From a virus (taxonomy: Duplodnaviria; Caudoviricetes), in IMG/VR virus record IMGVR_UViG_3300005323_000022, positions 1-40,617 of that record: DNA of 40,617 nt; one strand, 5' to 3'. Below, piece by piece: positions 34,836-40,617 of this stretch (within the stretch, counting starts at the first letter, position 1; every line of letters begins with the position of its first letter). The translations under genes were made by a program, and so were the position numbers. Under the pieces are notes generated by a model that was not told the origin of the DNA, ran no database searches, and worked only from the letters and a program-made list of their open reading frames with translations.

Positions 34836-37427
34836 CTATATCTCCACCGTGGTCAGTTTCTCGATATATCCCTCGCTGTTTTCATGGATCGGGCTGCTCT
34901 GCGTCGGGTCAATAAATACGGTTTTATTATCAAACCGTTCCCGCCATGCCCGCTGTACCAGCGGCGTCAGGTTGGCGGCCCAGTCATCAATCGTGTCCTG
35001 AAAATCACCGGCGGAGATTTCGGCTGACTCACCCAGCAGGTTGACATCGCCATCTGCCACGCGGTACATAAACCCGTATGAATATTTGACGGCCACCTGT
35101 GATATATTCTCGATTACGGTTGTCTTTATCAGGGGCGTCTTGCTGTTATCATTCGTGTACAGGTGCAGCCGGAAGCGTAACCGCTTACCCATCACACCAA
35201 AGTTTTCTTTCAGGTCAATTTCCTGTACCGGGGACGTATCGAAGGCTTTGTCCAGCGGTATCCATTCGTCACTGTCATCAATCTGATATTCGGCTTCCAC
35301 AATCTGCCCGGCATCTGTCAGGTTTTCTGCGAACAACTTCAAACTCTTGAAGAACTTGAACGCGTCCACCATCCCGACGTATATCCAGCCGCTTGTGAAA
35401 TTGCCGTAATGCGCGAAGTGATAATTACTGTCTTTGGTTGGGTCCAGTGTAAGCGAAGGGAATGGCAGCCAGATAACATCGCTTCCGACACACACCCAAA
35501 GCCGGTCAGATACCGTACTTTGAATGGGCTGAAAGTCGATTGCGAGTATGCGCAGCCCGGCAGCCGGCGCAGTGTAGATGTTGTGCCAGCCCGTTCCATT
35601 GTGCATCATTACCGAACTTGCGCCGCTTGCTCCGCCGTCAATCGCCGCCATGTACCGGCCCGGGTAAGCCAGCAGTACAGAAACGACGCCCTGTTTGTCG
35701 GTTGGGAGTCCATCGTCCCGGTTTGGTCCGACATCGTCCATACTCGATGAGTAATAACGTTCGATTCCTGCCCCAAGATTGAAGAACAGGTATACGTTCT
35801 GCACCGTCACGGCCATACCGTTGGTGCTTTCCATCATCGTATGAATTTCGCGCAGGTTGATTTCGTCAACCTTCGTCCCGGCTGCGGCAAACACGCTGCC
35901 TTCGCGCATCACCCAGCATTTCTGATCGTATTCCTGAAGCTGTGTAATCTTTCCAAGCTGGTCTCGCAGCGGAATGGCTGTTCCAAAACTCAGGTCAGCC
36001 CATGTAGTAGGCGAAGCCGCCCTGCTAAGGCTGATATCACCGCTTGCGTCTTTGTTGTTTGCCCGCCACAGATAAAGCACACTGTCGCTCTCGCGCGTCG
36101 GTTCAAGAAACATTGCTTTATTGGTGCTATCGGCCGCAAACTGGTTGGTAAACGTTCCGCTGTTGTTGTATGCCCGCCAGCGCATGATTGCAACATCATC
36201 CCCCTGGCACAGATAGCAATAATTGTTGACCACGCACACATCCATGACCGGAGCCGTCAATCCGTGCCCGGTGATTTCCGTCCATTTGCTCGAATTGAAG
36301 ATGACATACTCCGTAGTCGTGTCGTGGGTGATTTTCCAGGCGGCGTCAACCGTCAAAGTCGTGCCATTATTATCGGTAATCGTTCTCCACGGCTGTCGCT
36401 CACTCGAACCCGTTCCCTTGAATATATAGACGATGGAACCAATCCATTCGTCATTCGTCCAACTTTTAGTTGCATCCACAAGCGTGGTCAATACGCCCGT
36501 ATTGGCATCCGCCACGCCCCGGTCACCGTTGATGTACAGCGCCGGCGCGCCGCTGTCACCATTCAAAATCAGGTATTGCGCGTATAAATATCTAAAAAGA
36601 ATGGGATACTTGACCGTTTCGGCATCCGTCACCCGGTAATACAAATCCACACTCGACATACTCCACGTTGCGCCATCACTGCTTTCTTTACTGGCTCCAC
36701 CGGTGTTATTCACGCCAACTTTCCAATGATCTTGATCGGTCCCGCCAGAACTGTATATCTTTATCCAATACAGCGTACCGGAGCTCAGCGCTTCGGCGGT
36801 AATGGCCGCTTTGTAAAATCTTGCGTCTGTGTCATTAATGTTTGTAGTAGTAATGGTCGCGGTTTGCAGAACCGCATCGGGTTCACCAGCGCTCGAACTG
36901 CACAGTTCAACCGTCAGACTGGAAGCCGGCGTCCCAACCCTGCGTACATGGATATAAATGTTTGCTGCGCTGAAGTTAGCATTTGCCGTGAATAATGCTG
37001 CGATGTATTCCCTGCTGCCCGGTTTCATAGCCGTCCATGTCAGATCGCCGGGGAGATTGTTGACTTGATTGCGTAACCCGGTTGTGTAAGTTTCCTGTGG
37101 TCCCAAAAACATTTTTTTTGTGAACGTCGTATTGATACGATTGGCATCCCAGAAACGGGTGATATTGTCATCGAAGTCCAGTATGCCGCTGCCGCCGCTC
37201 CAATCCTCCTGTGCTACAGGCGACCACGGAGGTTCAAAATCGGAATAGGTCTGGCTTCCGCTGGTGGTTTTCAGGGCTGTACGGTTGACCGGTGCACGCG
37301 TGATCGAAAACGGTGCAGCATTGCCTTTGCCATCCACTGCTATAAAGCCGAGTGTTTTTTGTCCATCACTCAGGCTGATATGGTGCGTCCGTTTTATCTG
37401 GTCTGGGGATACGATAACGCGTCTCAA
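34836..37427 (-). CDS. Large tail protein (863 aa; nozzle/stabilisation-like)
   Basis: Beta-rich, T/S/G-rich; follows the adaptor gene. Confidence 0.6.
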   Translation of the reverse strand: MRRVIVSPDQIKRTHHISLSDGQKTLGFIAVDGKGNAAPFSITRAPVNRTALKTTSGSQTYSDFEPPWSPVAQEDWSGGSGILDFDDNITRFWDANRINTTFTKKMFLGPQETYTTGLRNQVNNLPGDLTWTAMKPGSREYIAALFTANANFSAANIYIHVRRVGTPASSLTVELCSSSAGEPDAVLQTATITTTNINDTDARFYKAAITAEALSSGTLYWIKIYSSGGTDQDHWKVGVNNTGGASKESSDGATWSMSSVDLYYRVTDAETVKYPILFRYLYAQYLILNGDSGAPALYINGDRGVADANTGVLTTLVDATKSWTNDEWIGSIVYIFKGTGSSERQPWRTITDNNGTTLTVDAAWKITHDTTTEYVIFNSSKWTEITGHGLTAPVMDVCVVNNYCYLCQGDDVAIMRWRAYNNSGTFTNQFAADSTNKAMFLEPTRESDSVLYLWRANNKDASGDISLSRAASPTTWADLSFGTAIPLRDQLGKITQLQEYDQKCWVMREGSVFAAAGTKVDEINLREIHTMMESTNGMAVTVQNVYLFFNLGAGIERYYSSSMDDVGPNRDDGLPTDKQGVVSVLLAYPGRYMAAIDGGASGASSVMMHNGTGWHNIYTAPAAGLRILAIDFQPIQSTVSDRLWVCVGSDVIWLPFPSLTLDPTKDSNYHFAHYGNFTSGWIYVGMVDAFKFFKSLKLFAENLTDAGQIVEAEYQIDDSDEWIPLDKAFDTSPVQEIDLKENFGVMGKRLRFRLHLYTNDNSKTPLIKTTVIENISQVAVKYSYGFMYRVADGDVNLLGESAEISAGDFQDTIDDWAANLTPLVQRAWRERFDNKTVFIDPTQSSPIHENSEGYIEKLTTVEI

Positions 37428-38180
37428 TTACCACCTCGCAAAATGCGGATCGCGTGGCATTCTCCGCATGGCATATTTCCGCGCCTGCCGTAGTGCATCT
37501 GCTTCGTTTACCTTTGCCTCATTCAGTAATTCTTGAGCAGTCGGATTATCCTTGCGAATTTTTCGGATGGTGTCGCGCCACAGGTACACGGCTGCCGACC
37601 AGGTCAAATAATTCATATCAATCGCGTCACTCAATATGTCATCGTAGTCGGCCACAACTCCATCTGACATGTAATAAATATCCAGCGCGCCTTCGGTTGA
37701 CGGGTCATCAAAATAGATATAGCCATTCAGTTCTCGCCAGTGATAATTGCGTACGTCATCTACAAACACCTGGCGCACATTCGAAATAAGCAGGGTGGAA
37801 CCATCGTTGATTTGCACACTGCCGCTGCCGGCGCTCAGGGCTGTATTTACGGTTGGAATTTCAATCTTACCCAGCACGTACAGCGCCGCCTGTTTCAACT
37901 TGTACATTGGGAATGTAGAATCTGCGATCTGGTATGGACCGGTCAAGGCCAGTGTCTGTGTGGTTGTCATGGTAAATGTATTCTGTCCCTGCGTTTTGAT
38001 ATCGGCAACGCCTTTATCGCATTTCGGACTCCACACTGTTCCACCGTTGAATGTTCCGGCAGGATACTTCAGGCTTGCGTCTGAAATTTCAGACGTTGTG
38101 CTGCTTACGGATCCGACACCCTCAAACACATCGGTTACCAGCTTCGCCGTTTCAAGCATCGCATCGGCTAAAGTTGTCAT
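37428..38180 (-). CDS. Putative head-tail adaptor
   Basis: Position and size; C-terminal YLTWSAAVYLW helix. Confidence 0.5.
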   Translation of the reverse strand: MTTLADAMLETAKLVTDVFEGVGSVSSTTSEISDASLKYPAGTFNGGTVWSPKCDKGVADIKTQGQNTFTMTTTQTLALTGPYQIADSTFPMYKLKQAALYVLGKIEIPTVNTALSAGSGSVQINDGSTLLISNVRQVFVDDVRNYHWRELNGYIYFDDPSTEGALDIYYMSDGVVADYDDILSDAIDMNYLTWSAAVYLWRDTIRKIRKDNPTAQELLNEAKVNEADALRQARKYAMRRMPRDPHFARW

Positions 38181-38182
38181 GC

Positions 38183-38389
38183 TTACACCAACCGGATGAT
38201 CCACCCGCTTGGCTTATCCTGGATAAGACGGTCGAAAACGCTTTTCTTTAAAATGCGTTTTTCGCCAGGACTCCACGCCGGAATACCAATCATTCCATTG
38301 CCGGGATAATAAGAATTTGCCATGACTTCGATCAAAGAATCGTCCTGCGTTTTCGGTTCGTCAAGTTTTACTTCTTTTTTTGCTGCCAT
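38183..38389 (-). CDS. Hypothetical protein (68 aa)
   Basis: GAGGT RBS; tight packing. Confidence 0.65.
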   Translation of the reverse strand: MAAKKEVKLDEPKTQDDSLIEVMANSYYPGNGMIGIPAWSPGEKRILKKSVFDRLIQDKPSGWIIRLV

Positions 38390-38398
38390 TGCTACCTC

Positions 38399-38692
38399 TT
38401 AGTCGTAAAAGATGTAAGCCCGTCCGGCGCTATCCGCACTGGTAATTTTTACGTAGCATTTACTACTGAAATAGAGAGGGCCAAGATCTGATAAATCAAT
38501 AAATATGCTAGTTGTGTATGCGTAGGCCTCAAACAGCGGCGTACCGCTTCCATCTGCGTTATCGTACAGAGCAACCCATGTCGCGCTTGTCTCTGGCACA
38601 CCTTGAATGCCATAAACAGTTGTCGGTACAGAGGTTAACGCTCCGCTTGTCGCAACACGTGCTAATTTATGAGCAGGTAAGTTCTTTACCAT
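38399..38692 (-). CDS. Small beta-rich structural protein (97 aa)
   Basis: GGAG RBS; structural operon. Confidence 0.65.
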   Translation of the reverse strand: MVKNLPAHKLARVATSGALTSVPTTVYGIQGVPETSATWVALYDNADGSGTPLFEAYAYTTSIFIDLSDLGPLYFSSKCYVKITSADSAGRAYIFYD

Positions 38693-38701
38693 GTTGTTCT
38701 C

Positions 38702-39424
38702 CTATACAAACGCCACGCCCGCATGAGCGCAGGCGATATCCCAATCAATATGAATGTCAAAGCCGGCTTTTTTTATCTTCATGCAAAAATCCATATCCTC
38801 GCCGCCTTTTTCCATTTCATAAGGCTGCTCTCCTATAGCTTCGGCAACCTTCTTCTGTAGCAGCCAGCAGCCTGCGCCGGCGCCGTCTACCTTTTCCAAA
38901 CCGCGCCCTGGTTTTTTTCTTATCCTCCACCAGTAGTAACCGTCTTTGCCGCTTTCTTCGACGTAGTCATATACCACCGGTTCACTATTTCCGCCTTTCT
39001 TCTTGTACCATCCGCCAACAATTGGAAGGTTATGCGCCATGAGTTTTTTTAGAAAGTCTGCCGGGGGAAGCACGTCGCTATCCAGCATTACCATCCAATT
39101 GGCGTCCGATTCAAGAAAGCGCTTATGCAGATAGTTTCTGGCCATAGGAAGATAAGTGTTCATGGTGATCCCGGTATCATCCCAGGGCATGATATCAAGC
39201 TGTAAGAAGTTCCTGAACCACAGGCTGAAAAGAATCTCGTCCATTGGAAACGCCCAATAAACCTTTTCCGTTCGCAGTTCAAAAGGAACTTCTAAAATCT
39301 CTCCATTGCAAAAAACGCGCTTTCTCGTATTGATAACCGGAATGGTTTCTCTATTCTTGTGTCTCTGCCGCATCACTGCTTGGCCCTTCCGGTTTTTGGG
39401 GGGCTTGTTCAGCCCCCCATTCAT
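38702..39424 (-). CDS. GT-A fold (GT2-like) glycosyltransferase (start uncertain)
   Basis: ARN, MLDSD (DxD), GAGCWL, GEDMDFC, H-terminal motif. Confidence 0.8.
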   Translation of the reverse strand: MNGGLNKPPKNRKGQAVMRQRHKNRETIPVINTRKRVFCNGEILEVPFELRTEKVYWAFPMDEILFSLWFRNFLQLDIMPWDDTGITMNTYLPMARNYLHKRFLESDANWMVMLDSDVLPPADFLKKLMAHNLPIVGGWYKKKGGNSEPVVYDYVEESGKDGYYWWRIRKKPGRGLEKVDGAGAGCWLLQKKVAEAIGEQPYEMEKGGEDMDFCMKIKKAGFDIHIDWDIACAHAGVAFV

Positions 39425-39542
39425 TGATTAACCGTTCAAGTTCTTCCTCTGCGCCAAGCACCCGTCCAACTTCAACGAATGCGGTTCGTTCTCGCTCTCG
39501 TAGTTCGGCGAGTCTTTTGCGTAAGGAATCCTCCGGATTCAT
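39351..39542 (-). CDS. Small coiled-coil protein (63 aa)
   Basis: GGAGG RBS. Confidence 0.6.
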   Translation of the reverse strand: MNPEDSLRKRLAELRERERTAFVEVGRVLGAEEELERLINEWGAEQAPQKPEGPSSDAAETQE

Positions 39543-39549
39543 ATGCCTC

Positions 39550-40179
39550 CTAACTTGCTGCTACCATATTGATATAGTAAGCCGTGCCAAGCACATTAAC
39601 TTTCAGCGACTTGTACGCCGATCCAGATCCAGGATTTGATAACACCTGATCGTCGTCAATGTACATAAAGGTTGAAAGGTCAACACTTCCGGATTTTGAC
39701 AACCGGATGAAAGCCCAGTTTGCGCCAGGCGTATTATTTGCTCCGATATCGCTGTCAAGCTGTAAGGCTGCCACCGCGCCGCCAAGCGTTCTTGTTGCCG
39801 CTGCCGCACTGATAGTCGCTCTCACGGCATTCGCGGCCCCGGATACGGCACAGGAAGCGTTGACGCTTATGGTCGCGTGCAGGGCATTGATCGTCCCGCC
39901 TGCAGCCGCTCCGTTGTAGTTCACGGTCGCCCACAGGCGCGCAACCTCCCCGCCTCCGGCAGCATTGAAGTACTGCCGCCAGTAAACACCGCGGGAATCT
40001 CCGCTTGCAGCGGTAGACTTTGTCCACAGGCCGACAAAGTTTTTATTGGCTACGCCGTCATCACCAATCTGAGAGGTTGTAGAGCCGGCGCCATAGAGAA
40101 GCGCGCTGGTATCTCCAACACCGGATTCATATTCGCCAGCCCGATTAGTCCCGTCAAGCGATTTTGTTCCGAAAGCCAT
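39550..40179 (-). CDS. Putative capsid decoration/head fibre protein
   Basis: A/G/S-rich, directly after the capsid gene, AGGAGG RBS. Confidence 0.55.
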   Translation of the reverse strand: MAFGTKSLDGTNRAGEYESGVGDTSALLYGAGSTTSQIGDDGVANKNFVGLWTKSTAASGDSRGVYWRQYFNAAGGGEVARLWATVNYNGAAAGGTINALHATISVNASCAVSGAANAVRATISAAAATRTLGGAVAALQLDSDIGANNTPGANWAFIRLSKSGSVDLSTFMYIDDDQVLSNPGSGSAYKSLKVNVLGTAYYINMVAAS

Positions 40180-40190
40180 GTCACACCTCC

Positions 40191-40617
40191 TTAGGCGCTG
40201 AGCGAGAATCCATAAACTTTCCCATGATGTTTCTCGTTGGCAACGGCAAGGCCATACTCGCCGACAATCTGGCCGTAAGCTGCGGTATCCTTAGTTTTTG
40301 CCAGGTCTTCGTAGAAAAACTCATCGATTGTGACAAAACTAATTTTTTCCGGGTCGGTCAGGTAAAGCTTTCCGGTTGACGAACCGATATCGATATAGCG
40401 GTCGACCAGCACGTCCAGCGTTGGACCCATCGCAGTTTGAATCTTGGTAATCTCAACGCCGCCAAACTTTTCACTGCGTTCGGTTCGAACAGCGCCTTCA
40501 AAGAAACTGGCGATCTTGCGTTTCGCCCACCCGCCGCAGATAAGCAGAGACGGATTTCCGCCATAACCCCAAATGGTTTGAACCATGTCCTCGATATTCT
40601 TCAGGGTCAAGGCTGCG
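40191..40617 (-). CDS. Major capsid protein, 3' part
   Basis: EDLAKTKD..GQIVGEYGLAVANEKHHG C-terminus typical of DUF5309-like capsids. Confidence 0.85.
   Translation of the reverse strand, partial: AALTLKNIEDMVQTIWGYGGNPSLLICGGWAKRKIASFFEGAVRTERSEKFGGVEITKIQTAMGPTLDVLVDRYIDIGSSTGKLYLTDPEKISFVTIDEFFYEDLAKTKDTAAYGQIVGEYGLAVANEKHHGKVYGFSLSA

Noticed and set aside
40495-40617. Biological terminal repeat
   Set aside because: It falls in the middle of the capsid gene and is best explained as assembler overlap of a circular contig

Overview
The window is a complete, circularly assembled temperate phage genome of about 40,494 bp. Bases 1-123 equal 40495-40617, and the major capsid gene reads in frame across that join. 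The minus strand carries the late module: terS, a terminase large subunit split into separate ATPase and nuclease genes, portal, internal virion proteins including a 2140-aa giant, scaffold, DUF5309/SU10-like capsid, a glycosyltransferase, tail genes, a holin and two GH25-like proteins. No tape-measure gene is evident, so the virion is probably podovirus-like. The centre holds a tyrosine integrase, an attP containing the 3' half of tRNA-Val(CAC), membrane cargo genes and a cI/cro-like switch. The plus strand carries RecT, HNH, a replication initiator with iterons, a DnaB-like helicase, DUF1064, Mom-like and Dam modification genes and many small ORFs. The best candidate for an unusual system is the operon at 13777-15129: promoter, acidic ORF, hammerhead-like ribozyme, small ORF, a stand-alone Cas7/RAMP-like protein, then a 10-unit GGY-NN pentamer array between a palindrome and a terminator. 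This looks like a compact RNA-guided module (VIPR-like, from recollection). Other notable items are attenuator-type late leaders with a possible DUF2292-like antiterminator, a 27-aa ORF under a consensus promoter facing the repressor gene, and a ~480-nt structured non-coding region. All family calls are by eye from motifs; no searches were run and the host is not established.
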